From assembly GCA_016871805.1 (NCBI GenBank), contig VHCG01000016.1, positions 776 to 64,775 on the forward strand: a stretch of 64,000 nt of DNA, written 5' to 3'. The notes beneath the pieces are model-generated. The model worked only from the letters and a program-made list of their open reading frames with translations. It was not told the DNA's origin and did no database searches. The translations under genes were made by a program, and so were the position numbers. Source of the DNA: Verrucomicrobiota bacterium (GTDB lineage: Bacteria > Verrucomicrobiota > Verrucomicrobiia > Limisphaerales > UBA9464). Positions 18,298 through 28,349 of this stretch are shown piece after piece (position 1 is the first letter of the stretch; every line of letters begins with the position of its first letter).

Positions 18298-18331
18298 TTG
18301 AGGACCTGTCGAGCTCGCCAAGGGTCCTCAA
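18298..18331. terminator. hairpin downstream of feoB (possible terminator)
   Basis: TTGAGGACC...GGTCCTCAA 9-bp inverted repeat at the edge of the AT-richer insert. Confidence 0.35.
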
Positions 18332-18441
18332 ATACGGAAGTCGCGCCACGGCAACTGGATGAACTTTCTTAAAAGCGACCATGGCATCAAAGTTGATTGA
18401 TTGGGTACATCTAATTATTAACATAGAGTGGCAATTTCAAG

Positions 18442-20493
18442 GTGAAGAACAGGTATCGCGCAGACATTGATGGACTGCGGGCTCTCGCAGTGAGCTCGGT
18501 GGTATTGTTCCATGCCGAAATCCCAGGCTTCAAAGGAGGTTTCATCGGGGTAGACATTTTTTTTGTGATTTCGGGTTTCTTGATTACATCGATCATTAGT
18601 TGGGATCTCAAACGCGGTGAATTCTCAATTGCCGATTTCTACGAACGAAGAATCAAGCGCATATTTCCGGCATTCTTCGCGATGCTGATCGGAGTCACGC
18701 TCGTAGGGCTGTTGTTGCAAGACGCAGTCGACCTATCACGGTTGGGTTGGAATGCGACCGCCGCCACACTCTTTATCTCGAATTTTGCGTTCTGGTTTGA
18801 AATCGGTTATTTCGCTCCCTCCGCGGAGAAGAATCCGCTTCTCCACACGTGGTCACTTTCCGTCGAAGAACAGTTCTACGTCTTCTTTCCATTGTTTATG
18901 GCGCTTTTTTCCTCCCGGGCGCCAAAGGCTCTGAAGCCTTGTTTGGTTGCAGGCTCGGCCATTTCTCTTATCGCGGGAGGCTGGGGTGCATTCCACTTTC
19001 CTGGCGCCACGTTCTATCTGCTGCCAACTCGAGCGTGGGAGCTGGCTGTCGGCTCATTGCTTGCGCTCGGTATTGCAGCTCCTCCTAGAACCAGCAAGCA
19101 GGCATCATTGGCATCGGTTTTTGGAATATTGCTTATTGCGGGCTCCGTCCAGATCTACTCAAAGCGAACTCCGTTCCCTGGGCTTATGGCTCTGCCGCCG
19201 GTCCTCGGTACGGCATTGCTAATCTGGAGCGGAATGCTGAACCACAACACCTGGTGTCGGAGATTGCTGTCGTGGCGTCCGGTCGTTTTCGTCGGTCTCA
19301 TCTCATACTCGCTCTATCTCTGGCATTGGCCGATTATTGCGTTTTGGAAGTATGTGGCATTCAGACCCATGGAATGGTTGGACTCTCTGTCTATTATTAT
19401 TGTTTCACTCATGCTCGGCGTTGTGTCATGGCGTTTCGTAGAGCGGCCCTTCCGAGGTGAAGGCGGCATTGTGCATGAACGACGCACAGTCTTTATGATC
19501 GGCGGAGTTGGGATATTTATGGCCGTGATCATAGGGCTTTCCGTATGGGGATCGGGCGGTATCCCTTGGCGTTTCGACAACGCCGCTCCATATACTGCAA
19601 TCGTAAAAAGGGCGCGCGACAACACGTGGTGGATCCAATACGCCAATTGGGAGGCTAAGAACGAATCGATGGGGGCCGCCCAACTAGCCCAGCCGCCAGT
19701 CGTAGGTTCACCCGGCGTCCAACCCACATTTGCACTCATTGGTGATTCCCACGCTCAGGCTATGATTCCAGCGATTGAACTCCAAGCGCTGAGGGTTGGG
19801 CAATCAGGCTACATTATCACCCGAGGCGGAACCCCTCCACTTCTGGACATAAATGTAAAACAGATTCCTCTCGGCGATGATGGCTTTGACGAAGCTCGGT
19901 ACCATAATCGTTTGATCGAGTTCCTAAGAGAAAGACCCGAGTTGAAAACTATTATTTTAGTCGGAAGGTGGCCGACGTACATCCGTGACCACTATGTTGA
20001 ACGGGGTGAAGAGCAGCTTTGCCTTGAACTCACGGAAGAAACCCAGACCGCCTCTGATATTTCAACTCGGTCCGCCATGGTCGAACGGGGTCTTGACCGC
20101 ATGGTTGAGCGCCTCATCGGTATGAACCGAAATGTCATTCTTGTAGGCTGTGTTCCTGAAGTGGGATTTGACGTGCCAACTGCGTTTAGTATTTCCCGCA
20201 GATTGCCATGGATACTGGATTTGAAGAGGGTCGTCCCAACAAAGGCGGACTACGAACGCCGGCAACTCGAGTCCAATCTACTGCTTTCTCGTATCTCTAA
20301 CCGATACCACGTAGATCTCATTGGGTCCGACTCCAGCATGTGGGATTCCAATGGAAGAGCGTTGGTGTTGATCGATGGAGAACTCCTCTACCGGGACGAT
20401 GATCACCTGTCACAAGCCGGAGCCCTTCATTTTGCCCATCGTTTTGATGGAGTCTTCGATCAGTTAGGGCGTGTTGGGAGAGATTCCCGTTGA
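18442..20493 (+). CDS. OafA/YrhL-type O-acetyltransferase (acyltransferase-3 + SGNH domain)
   Basis: YRADIDGLRALAV, GVDIFFVISGFLIT, FYERRIKRI, HTWSLSVEEQFY, ISYSLYLWHWP; SGNH motifs GDSHA and DDDHLS. Visibly AT-richer than the flanks. Confidence 0.95.
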   Translation: MKNRYRADIDGLRALAVSSVVLFHAEIPGFKGGFIGVDIFFVISGFLITSIISWDLKRGEFSIADFYERRIKRIFPAFFAMLIGVTLVGLLLQDAVDLSRLGWNATAATLFISNFAFWFEIGYFAPSAEKNPLLHTWSLSVEEQFYVFFPLFMALFSSRAPKALKPCLVAGSAISLIAGGWGAFHFPGATFYLLPTRAWELAVGSLLALGIAAPPRTSKQASLASVFGILLIAGSVQIYSKRTPFPGLMALPPVLGTALLIWSGMLNHNTWCRRLLSWRPVVFVGLISYSLYLWHWPIIAFWKYVAFRPMEWLDSLSIIIVSLMLGVVSWRFVERPFRGEGGIVHERRTVFMIGGVGIFMAVIIGLSVWGSGGIPWRFDNAAPYTAIVKRARDNTWWIQYANWEAKNESMGAAQLAQPPVVGSPGVQPTFALIGDSHAQAMIPAIELQALRVGQSGYIITRGGTPPLLDINVKQIPLGDDGFDEARYHNRLIEFLRERPELKTIILVGRWPTYIRDHYVERGEEQLCLELTEETQTASDISTRSAMVERGLDRMVERLIGMNRNVILVGCVPEVGFDVPTAFSISRRLPWILDLKRVVPTKADYERRQLESNLLLSRISNRYHVDLIGSDSSMWDSNGRALVLIDGELLYRDDDHLSQAGALHFAHRFDGVFDQLGRVGRDSR

Positions 20494-20897
20494 AGCCTTG
20501 GCTCCCTGCAGATGGATCCTGCGGATGCCATTCAGGTTCTTGGCGAAAACACCAATAGGCCCCGGCGGAAATCCCACCTCGCAGCACGGATCCTGTTCCG
20601 AAAGGAGGCAGGTTGCATGAACGCCGGCGACCGTCGGCTCGCCCGGATCCTTGCCCAGAACCCGGAAGCCACGAATCGGCTGATCCAACAGCCGGCTATT
20701 CGATCCGACACCACGGGCGCCGCATCCAAAATCCCCAAACAAACATCAGTTTGACCAAGACCTGGGACTGGTGGCGGGGTGACGCGATGACCTGAATCCC
20801 GCGATGGGGCGGGACGTCGAAGACGGCCCTGATCCGGGATTGGCGCTTCCCACCCCGAAAGGGATTTACCTAACCTGACGTTTTCCACGTCTCATTC

Positions 20898-23800
20898 ATG
20901 AACCGAGTCCTCCCACTTTCCGCCCTCATTGCGGGCTGCCTGATCCAGCAGGGTCTGGCCGCGGCACCGCAGAGCCTCGACCTCAATCCCGGCAGCCACA
21001 TCGCACTGGTTGGCAGCGCCCTGGCCGACCGGATGCAGCACGACGGCCATTTCGAGACCCTGCTCTATGCGCAGTTCCCGAAACAGAACATCGTCGTCCG
21101 CAATCTCGCCGTCTCCGGCGATGAAGTTGCGATCCGCCACCGCTCCGAGAACTTCGGGAGCCCCGACGAGTGGCTGAAGAAGGTCGGAGCCGACGTGATC
21201 CTGGCCTTCTTCGGGTTCAACGAATCCTTCAAGGGCCCCGAGGGCGTGGCGGCATTCAAGACGAACCTCGACCGCTGGGTGAAGGAGACCCAGGCCAAGA
21301 ACTACTCCGGCAAGGGCGGACCACGGCTTGTGCTGGTGTCTCCGGTCGGCGCCGAACGCCACAAAGACCCCAACTTCCCGGACCCAGCCCCGCTCAACGC
21401 CAACCTGAAGCTGTACACTGAGGCGATGGCCGAGGTGGCGAAGGCGAACGACGTCCAGTTCGTCGACCTGTTCGACCCCTCCCGCAAGCTCTACGCGGAT
21501 GCCGCTAAGAAGGGGCAATCCCTTACCATCAACGGATTTCTACTCAGCGACGCGGGTGATCGGGCGATCGCCCCCGTCCTGTTCCAGTCGTTGTTCGGAA
21601 AGACCGCGCCGGGCGGCAATCGGGAACGTCTCCGGGCCGCGATCAATGAGAAGAATGCCCAGTGGCACGCCCGGTATCGGACGGTCGACGGCTACAATGT
21701 CTACGGCGGACGTTCCGCCCTCGCCTACCAGGCCGAAAAGGGAGCGTTCATCTCGGATCGCAACGCGCCCTCACCCTATATCTCCAACTACAAGGTCATG
21801 CAGGAGGAGATGAGCGTCCGCGACACCCTGACGGCCAACCGCGACAAACGCGTCTGGGGTGTGGCGCAGGGCGAGAACCCGGAGATCGACGACTCCAACC
21901 TGCCGAAGGTCACCCCGGTGCCCAGCAACAAACCGGGCTCCAACCCGGACGGCTCCTACACCTTCCTCACCGGCGAAGGCGCCATCGAGAAGATGTCCCT
22001 CCACAAGGGGATGAAGATCAACCTGTTCGCCAGCGAGGAACAGTTCCCCGAGCTGGCCAACCCGGTGCAGATGGCCTGGGACACCAAGAACCGTCTCTGG
22101 ATCGCGGCCTGGCCCAACTACCCGGAGCGCCGCCCGGAATCCAAGGTGGGTGACAGCCTGATCGTCCTCGAGGACACCGATGGCGACGGCAAGGCCGACA
22201 AATCGACCACCTTCATCGGAGACCTGAACTGCCCCACCGGATTCCAGTTCTACAAGGACGGCGTCCTGATCGTCCAGGCGCCCGACATCTGGTTCGTCCG
22301 CGACACCGACGGCGACGGCAAGGCCGACTGGAAGGAGCGCGTGCTGATGGGACTCGACTCTGCCGATTCCCACCACACTGCCAACGCCGTATGTCTCGAC
22401 CCGGGCGGCTCCATCTACCTGAGCGACGGTGTCTTCCACCGCACCCAGATCGAGACTGCCAAGGGACCGCTCCGCAACGACGATGCCGGCATCTTCCGGT
22501 TCGATCCACGCACCGGCAGTCTGGAGACCTACATCGCCTACGGCTTCGCCAACCCGCACGGCAAGGTGTTTGACTACTGGGGCAACGACCTCGTCACGGA
22601 CGCCACCGGCAACAACACCTACTTCGCGCCGGCGTTCAGCGGCCACATCGACTACCCCGCAAAGCACTCCGGGATGAACCAGTTCTGGGATCGGCCCTCC
22701 CGGCCCTGCCCCGGCACCGGAATCATCTCCAGCCGACACTTCCCCGAGTCGATGCAGGGGAATTTCCTGAACCTGAACGTCATCAGCTTCCTGGGCATCT
22801 ACAACGTGAAGGTCACCGAGGACGGTTCCGGACTGAAGGGAGAGACCCTGCCCGACCTGGTCTCCTCGACCGACCCGAACTTCCGGCCGATCGCCGTGTC
22901 CATCGGACCGGACGGCGCCATCTACTTTGCCGACTGGCACAAGCCCCTGATTGGCCACATGCAGCACCATCTGCGGGATCCGAACCGCGACGACACCCAC
23001 GGACGCGTCTACCGGATCACCTATGACGGGCGCCCGCTCCTCAAGCCCAAGAAGATCGACGGCCAGTCGATCGAGGCGCTGCTCGAACTCCTCAAGGAGC
23101 CTGAGAACGGCACACGGGAACTCGCCAAGATCGAACTCGGTGAACGTGATTCCGCCAAGGTCGTGGCCGCCGTGAAACGATGGGTGCAGAAGCTCGACCC
23201 CAAGGATCCGGCCTATCAACACCACGTCACGGAGGCCCTCTGGGTCCATCAGTGGCACAACATTGTGGACGTCGACCTCCTGGATCGGGTGCTGAAGTCG
23301 CCTGAACCTCGGGCCCGCGCCGCCGCAGCGCGTGTCCTGTGCTATTGGCGCGACCGCGTCCTAGGAGCCCTGACGCGCTTCGCGCAGCTCGCCGAGGACC
23401 CGGCGCCCCGGGTCCGGCTCGAGGCGGTCCGTGCCGCCAGCTTCTACCGGGATGCAGAGGCCATTCTGGCCACGGATGTCGCCCTCGCCATCCTGAAGAA
23501 CCCCACCGACTACTATCTCGACTACTGCCTGCGCGAGACCCTGCGCCAGCTCCAGCCGTGGTGGCGGAAGGCCATCTCCGAGGGCAAGCCGGTCGCGGCG
23601 AACAACCCCGCCGGAATCAAGTATCTCATCAAGGGCGTGAGCACGGCGGACCTTTCCAAGCTCTCCCCCACCGCCGACGTGCTGGAGGCGATCATCCTCC
23701 GTACGGACGCCACCGACACCGACCGCGCCAACGCGCTGACCGGTCTCGCCAAGCTCCACGGCAAGACCCGGGTCGCGGAACTCCTATCGCTCCTTGACGG

Positions 23801-25346
23801 CCCTGTGAAGTCGGACGCCGTCGCCGCTGCGAGTCTTGCCCGACAGCTGCCGCTGCAGCCGGCTGGCGATCTGAAGTCCGTAGCTCCGCAATTGGTGGTA
23901 CTGAGCACCCAGGGTTCGCTCCCGGTGCTGCGCCAGGCAGCCTGGGCCAGCCGCGCGATTGCCGATGGAGGGTTTGACGGCGTTTGGGCCGAGGCCTCCA
24001 GGTCTCCGGGGGCCCTCACGGACCTGCTCCAGGGCATCCTGCTTCTGAACGACGCCGACTTCCGGGCGAAGGCCTTCGACAAGGTGAAGCCCCTGTTGGG
24101 AGACCCCGCCCAGATCGCGAGCCTCGTGAATGCCGGTGGCGGCAAGCCATCCGGTGACGGACGCTTTGTGCGCATCGAGCTACCACGCCAGGGAACCCTG
24201 ACCCTGGCGGAGGTCGAGATCCTGAGCGACGGCAAGAACATCGCCAAGGGTGGCAAGGCCACGCAGTCCAGCACCTCGAACGGCGGCGACGCCTCGAAGG
24301 CGGTCGATGGCCGAACCGACGGCGCCTGGGAGCGGGGGACGCAGACCCACTCGGCCGAGGGCGAAAAGAATCCCTGGTGGGAGGTCGACCTTGGCGGTGC
24401 CCGACCGATCGACTCCATCGTGGTGTGGAACCGCACGGACGGGGACCTGGGCCGGCGTCTCGAGGGCTACACGGTGACCGTGCTGGACGGCCAACGCCGC
24501 GAGGTCTTCCAGCAGACCGGGCTTTCCGCCCCGAACCCGAAGGGGACGGTGAAAGTCGGAGGCGACCCGGCGGGGTCCCTGAAGAGGGCCGCCATCGCAG
24601 CCGCGGTCAGCATGGGCACCCAGCCGGAAGCCCTCTTCCGGATGCTCACCGCGTTCATCGAGCGCGGCGATCAGGTCCCGTCCGCCGCCCGCGCCCTCCG
24701 GATGCTGCCCCCGGTCACCCGCCCTGCGGACGTCGCCGGTCAGGCCGCCCTCGCCCTGACTCGATGGGCCCAGGGGATTCCTGCATCCGATCGGACGTCC
24801 CAGGACTTCATCGAGACACTTCAGACGGCCAAGGACCTCGCGGGCTACCTCCCTGCCGCCCAGGCCGCGGCGGTCCGGAAGTCCCTCAAGGACCTCGGTG
24901 TCGAGGTGTTCGTGATCCGCACGGTCCGGGAGCAGATGCGCTATGACCTGCCCCGACTCGTCTTGGAACCCGGCAAACCCTTCGAGGTGATCCTCGAGAA
25001 CGACGACTTCATGCCCCACAATATCGTGTTCGTGCAGCCGGGCACACGGGAGACCGTGGCCAATGCGGCATCGACCATGAAGCCCGAGCAGCTGGATGGT
25101 CAGGGCCGGGCCTACCTGCCCAGCGGCAAGGATGTGATCGCCGGCAGCCGACTTCTGGAGGCCGGTCAGCGTCAGACCCTGAAGCTGACTGCGCCCACCG
25201 CTCCGGGAGCCTACGAGTATGTCTGCACCTTCCCGGGACACTGGACCCTGATGTGGGGCACCTTGGTGGTCACGCCGGACGTCGAGGGCTACCTCGCCAA
25301 GAACCCGGTCGTGAAGCCGACAGCTCCTGCGCCAGACAAGGAATAG
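20898..25346 (+). CDS. secreted multidomain protein: SGNH-like + PVC-type dehydrogenase beta-propeller + HEAT repeats + F5/8/FTP lectin + azurin-like blue-copper domain
   Basis: Signal peptide; VRNLAVSGD..FFGFNESF; LFASEEQFPELANPVQMAWD, EDTDGDGKAD, NFRP, YFADW, HGRVYRI; PRVRLEAVRAAS; LTLAEVE..NIA..PWWEVDL..WNRTD; MPHN...CTFPGHWTLM. Confidence 0.88.
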   Translation: MNRVLPLSALIAGCLIQQGLAAAPQSLDLNPGSHIALVGSALADRMQHDGHFETLLYAQFPKQNIVVRNLAVSGDEVAIRHRSENFGSPDEWLKKVGADVILAFFGFNESFKGPEGVAAFKTNLDRWVKETQAKNYSGKGGPRLVLVSPVGAERHKDPNFPDPAPLNANLKLYTEAMAEVAKANDVQFVDLFDPSRKLYADAAKKGQSLTINGFLLSDAGDRAIAPVLFQSLFGKTAPGGNRERLRAAINEKNAQWHARYRTVDGYNVYGGRSALAYQAEKGAFISDRNAPSPYISNYKVMQEEMSVRDTLTANRDKRVWGVAQGENPEIDDSNLPKVTPVPSNKPGSNPDGSYTFLTGEGAIEKMSLHKGMKINLFASEEQFPELANPVQMAWDTKNRLWIAAWPNYPERRPESKVGDSLIVLEDTDGDGKADKSTTFIGDLNCPTGFQFYKDGVLIVQAPDIWFVRDTDGDGKADWKERVLMGLDSADSHHTANAVCLDPGGSIYLSDGVFHRTQIETAKGPLRNDDAGIFRFDPRTGSLETYIAYGFANPHGKVFDYWGNDLVTDATGNNTYFAPAFSGHIDYPAKHSGMNQFWDRPSRPCPGTGIISSRHFPESMQGNFLNLNVISFLGIYNVKVTEDGSGLKGETLPDLVSSTDPNFRPIAVSIGPDGAIYFADWHKPLIGHMQHHLRDPNRDDTHGRVYRITYDGRPLLKPKKIDGQSIEALLELLKEPENGTRELAKIELGERDSAKVVAAVKRWVQKLDPKDPAYQHHVTEALWVHQWHNIVDVDLLDRVLKSPEPRARAAAARVLCYWRDRVLGALTRFAQLAEDPAPRVRLEAVRAASFYRDAEAILATDVALAILKNPTDYYLDYCLRETLRQLQPWWRKAISEGKPVAANNPAGIKYLIKGVSTADLSKLSPTADVLEAIILRTDATDTDRANALTGLAKLHGKTRVAELLSLLDGPVKSDAVAAASLARQLPLQPAGDLKSVAPQLVVLSTQGSLPVLRQAAWASRAIADGGFDGVWAEASRSPGALTDLLQGILLLNDADFRAKAFDKVKPLLGDPAQIASLVNAGGGKPSGDGRFVRIELPRQGTLTLAEVEILSDGKNIAKGGKATQSSTSNGGDASKAVDGRTDGAWERGTQTHSAEGEKNPWWEVDLGGARPIDSIVVWNRTDGDLGRRLEGYTVTVLDGQRREVFQQTGLSAPNPKGTVKVGGDPAGSLKRAAIAAAVSMGTQPEALFRMLTAFIERGDQVPSAARALRMLPPVTRPADVAGQAALALTRWAQGIPASDRTSQDFIETLQTAKDLAGYLPAAQAAAVRKSLKDLGVEVFVIRTVREQMRYDLPRLVLEPGKPFEVILENDDFMPHNIVFVQPGTRETVANAASTMKPEQLDGQGRAYLPSGKDVIAGSRLLEAGQRQTLKLTAPTAPGAYEYVCTFPGHWTLMWGTLVVTPDVEGYLAKNPVVKPTAPAPDKE

Positions 25347-25462
25347 GGCGCCAGGCCAGAACCCGACGGGCCTCCCATCGAGGTTCGCGAAGGGTTAGTG
25401 CAACGACCCTGGCAAACTTTGCTTTGCCCGGGTCGTCCTGCATTCCCTAGCCTCGCTGGACC

Positions 25463-26431
25463 ATGAAGGTCTTCGTGACCGGCGGCGCCGGGTACATCGG
25501 TTCGGTCTTTGTAGAAACCCTCTGCGACGCGGGCCATGAGGTCACCGTGTTCGACAACCTGTCCGAAGGCCATCGGGGGGCGGTCGATCCTCGGGCGAAG
25601 TTTGTCCTCGCGGATCTCAACGATCGGAATGCCGTCCTGGCGGCGGTCCGGGACTCCGGGGCCAAGGCGGTGGTCCATTTTGCCGCCAATGCTCTCGTCG
25701 GGGAGTCGATGACCAACCCCTCGAAGTACTTCCGGAACAACGTGGCGGGAGGACTCAACCTCGCCGATGCCGCCGTCGCGGCCGGAGTCCGAAAGTTCAT
25801 CTTCAGCTCGACCTGCGCGACGTATGGTCCCCCGGACCGTGTTCCGATGGACGAGTCCCTGCCCCAGCGTCCGATCAATCCCTACGGGGAATCGAAGCTG
25901 ATGTTCGAGTCGGTGCTCCGATGGTACCGCGAGTTGCACGGACTCGAGGTGGTGATCTTCCGCTATTTCAACGCGGCCGGCGCCAGCGAGCAGTTTGGGG
26001 AGCACCATCGGATCGAGACCCACCTCATTCCGAACGTGCTGAAGGTCGCCTTGGGACAGGCGAGCCACGTCAGCATCTTCGGCACGGACTACCCGACGCC
26101 GGACGGCACCTGCATCCGCGACTACATCCACATCGCGGACTTGGCCCAGGCGCACATGCTTGCGCTGCAGCGAGGTAAGTCGGGCGTGTTCAATCTCGGC
26201 AATGGCGAGGGATTCTCGGTCCGGGAGGTCATCGCCACCTGCGAACGCATCTCGGGAGCAAAGATTTCGGTTGTGGAACAACCGCGGCGCCCGGGCGATC
26301 CGCCCCGGCTGGTGGCTTCCGCCACGAAGGCACATCAGGAACTCGGATGGAAACCTCGGTTTCCGAGCCTGGAGGACATTGTCCGGACTGCGTGGTCGTG
26401 GCACCAGAAGCATCCGGGCGGCTACGCCTGA
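25463..26431 (+). CDS. galE: UDP-glucose 4-epimerase
   Basis: TGGAGYIGS, FSSTCATYG, NPYGESK, RYFNAAGA, DGTCIRDYIH. Confidence 0.95.
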   Translation: MKVFVTGGAGYIGSVFVETLCDAGHEVTVFDNLSEGHRGAVDPRAKFVLADLNDRNAVLAAVRDSGAKAVVHFAANALVGESMTNPSKYFRNNVAGGLNLADAAVAAGVRKFIFSSTCATYGPPDRVPMDESLPQRPINPYGESKLMFESVLRWYRELHGLEVVIFRYFNAAGASEQFGEHHRIETHLIPNVLKVALGQASHVSIFGTDYPTPDGTCIRDYIHIADLAQAHMLALQRGKSGVFNLGNGEGFSVREVIATCERISGAKISVVEQPRRPGDPPRLVASATKAHQELGWKPRFPSLEDIVRTAWSWHQKHPGGYA

Positions 26432-26482
26432 GCCCCGCCCCTTTTTGCGCTGGGGCGTTTCTGACTCTCCAACTCGGCATCG

Positions 26483-27478
26483 ATGCCCCTGGACGTCACC
26501 CTGCAGCCGCAGCTCCCGCGGCGTCGACTCCGCCGACATCGGATCGGGGCGGCCCTGATCTCCATCGGGCTCCTCGGCTCCATCCTCTGGCGTCTCCAAC
26601 CCGGCCGGCTGACGGAGGTCTTCAGCCATCTGCGCCCCCTGCCCCTGGTCGGGGCTTTGGGCTGCGTCGTGACGGCCGGTGCGCTGATGGCGTTGCGCTG
26701 GGGTTGGATGCTCCAGACCCAGGGCATCCGGGATGGGTTCATGGCAGCCTGGCGGGGAACCCTCGTGGGCAATGCCCTGAGCGCGGCCCTGTTGGGAGCC
26801 TTGTTGGGGGATGTCGCGAAGTCGGGCTGGTATGCCCGACGGGAGAGGCATTCCTACGGACGAGTGCTGCTGGCCTGCGGGCTCGACCGGGCCTGTGGTG
26901 GGGTCGGACTTGTCCTCTACGGGGGCCTCAGCCTGACAGCGGCTCTGGCTTGGGGCGGAGGATTGAACCTGGGGCTCCCTGAGGGGGCCCCTTGGAAGAC
27001 TGGCGCACTGACCATCCTGATGCTCATCGTCATCATGGGCCTGCTGCTCCGATCCACACGTCGTCGTCTGGAAGCGCGATTCCAGACTGGGATGGCCCAA
27101 TGGCGGGAAACGCGACGGGCCCTGGGAAACAGACCCTCGATCCTGGTCGGGGCAATCGGGGTCAGCGTCATCGCGAATCTGCTGGCGGGGGGAACACTGG
27201 CCTGTGCCCTCGCCGCGGCGGCCCCTGGTCCGCTGCCGTGGACCAGCCTGCTCTGGACCTTTCCTGTGATCGGTCTTGCGGCATCCATGCCCCTCACCCT
27301 CGCGGGAGCCGGGACCCGGGAGAGCGCGGCGATCGCGATCTGGGCGGCATTCCAGATCAGTCCTCCCGTCGCTGTCATGGCCTCGCTGGTCACACTGGCA
27401 GCCACGCTGGCCGGGGCACTGCCGGGAGGACTTCTGTTCTGGTTCCACCCGGATACCGGATCAGGAACCCGCACATGA
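26483..27478 (+). CDS. lysylphosphatidylglycerol-synthase TM / flippase-like membrane protein
   Basis: ALRW..ML, GDVAK, LDR, PLTLAGAGTRE motifs with several TM helices; next to galE. Confidence 0.85.
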   Translation: MPLDVTLQPQLPRRRLRRHRIGAALISIGLLGSILWRLQPGRLTEVFSHLRPLPLVGALGCVVTAGALMALRWGWMLQTQGIRDGFMAAWRGTLVGNALSAALLGALLGDVAKSGWYARRERHSYGRVLLACGLDRACGGVGLVLYGGLSLTAALAWGGGLNLGLPEGAPWKTGALTILMLIVIMGLLLRSTRRRLEARFQTGMAQWRETRRALGNRPSILVGAIGVSVIANLLAGGTLACALAAAAPGPLPWTSLLWTFPVIGLAASMPLTLAGAGTRESAAIAIWAAFQISPPVAVMASLVTLAATLAGALPGGLLFWFHPDTGSGTRT

Positions 27479-27568
27479 ACCAACCTGGGACCGATCCGGA
27501 GCCATTCCGGAGCCCCGAAAGTGGATTTGGAGATGGTCGTTGCCGGCCCGGTTCGCTTTTCTTGTCCG

Positions 27569-28231
27569 GTGAGCAAACGCAGAGCCTCCCTTCGTCGGAC
27601 CACTTCCGAGACCGATATCCGTCTGACCTTGGTGATCGACGGATCCGGCAAATCGGACATCCAGACCGGGATCGGGTTCTTCGACCACATGCTAACGGCA
27701 TTCACAAAACACTCCATCTGCGACCTGAAGCTGGCCTGCAAGGGGGACCTCCACATTGATGGCCACCACACGGTGGAGGATTGTGGTCTGGCACTGGGCA
27801 TGGCGTTTCGGGAGGCCTTGGGGGACAAGAAGGGTCTGCGGCGCTACGGTACCGGTTTCGATCCCCGAAACCCCTTCACCGGTGAGGCCTATGTACCGAT
27901 GGACGAGTGCCTGGCCCGCTGTGTGATCGACTTCAGTGGCCGTCCGTTCCTGGTCTGGAAAGGGCTGGATGAGCTGGCCCACAGGAAGATCACACCGGCC
28001 GAGCGGACGCAGGACATGTCATCCGCCTTCCGGTTCGGACTGGCACGGGAGTTCTTTCAAGGGTTCACGAACGAGGCGAAGTGCAATCTTCACCTCGAAC
28101 TGATCGACGGCGGGGAGCCGCACCATGTCGTGGAGAGCCTCTTCAAAGCCTTCGCCCGGGCTGTGGATTTCGCCTGTCAGAGGGATCCAAGAATCGCGGG
28201 CCGGATCCCTAGTTCAAAAGGGAAACTCTGA
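27569..28231 (+). CDS. hisB: imidazoleglycerol-phosphate dehydratase
   Basis: RTTSETDI, TGIGFFDHML, GDLHIDGHHTVED, PMDE, HH.VE..FKAFARA, PSSKG. Start GTG 27569. Confidence 0.95.
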   Translation: MSKRRASLRRTTSETDIRLTLVIDGSGKSDIQTGIGFFDHMLTAFTKHSICDLKLACKGDLHIDGHHTVEDCGLALGMAFREALGDKKGLRRYGTGFDPRNPFTGEAYVPMDECLARCVIDFSGRPFLVWKGLDELAHRKITPAERTQDMSSAFRFGLAREFFQGFTNEAKCNLHLELIDGGEPHHVVESLFKAFARAVDFACQRDPRIAGRIPSSKGKL

Positions 28232-28263
28232 TTACAACCCACTATCCTCCAATGGATTGCAGC

Positions 28264-28299
28264 ATAAATGACCCGGTTTTTCACCACCGGGTCATTTAT
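28264..28299. terminator. perfect 14-bp inverted repeat after hisB
   Basis: ATAAATGACCCGGT-ttttcacc-ACCGGGTCATTTAT. Confidence 0.65.
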
Positions 28300-28349
28300 C
28301 CTGATGAATTGTTGAAGCAGTCCTGAATATCCGGATCCTTGCGGCGTCC

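Noticed and set aside
18272-18303. GCACAAC...GTTGAGG resembling integron attC ends
   Set aside because: Only about 32 bp, too short for attC; no array and no integron integrase.
18410-18440. dif/XerD-like TATGTTAAT on the minus strand
   Set aside because: No matching XerC arm; explained by the AT-rich promoter region.
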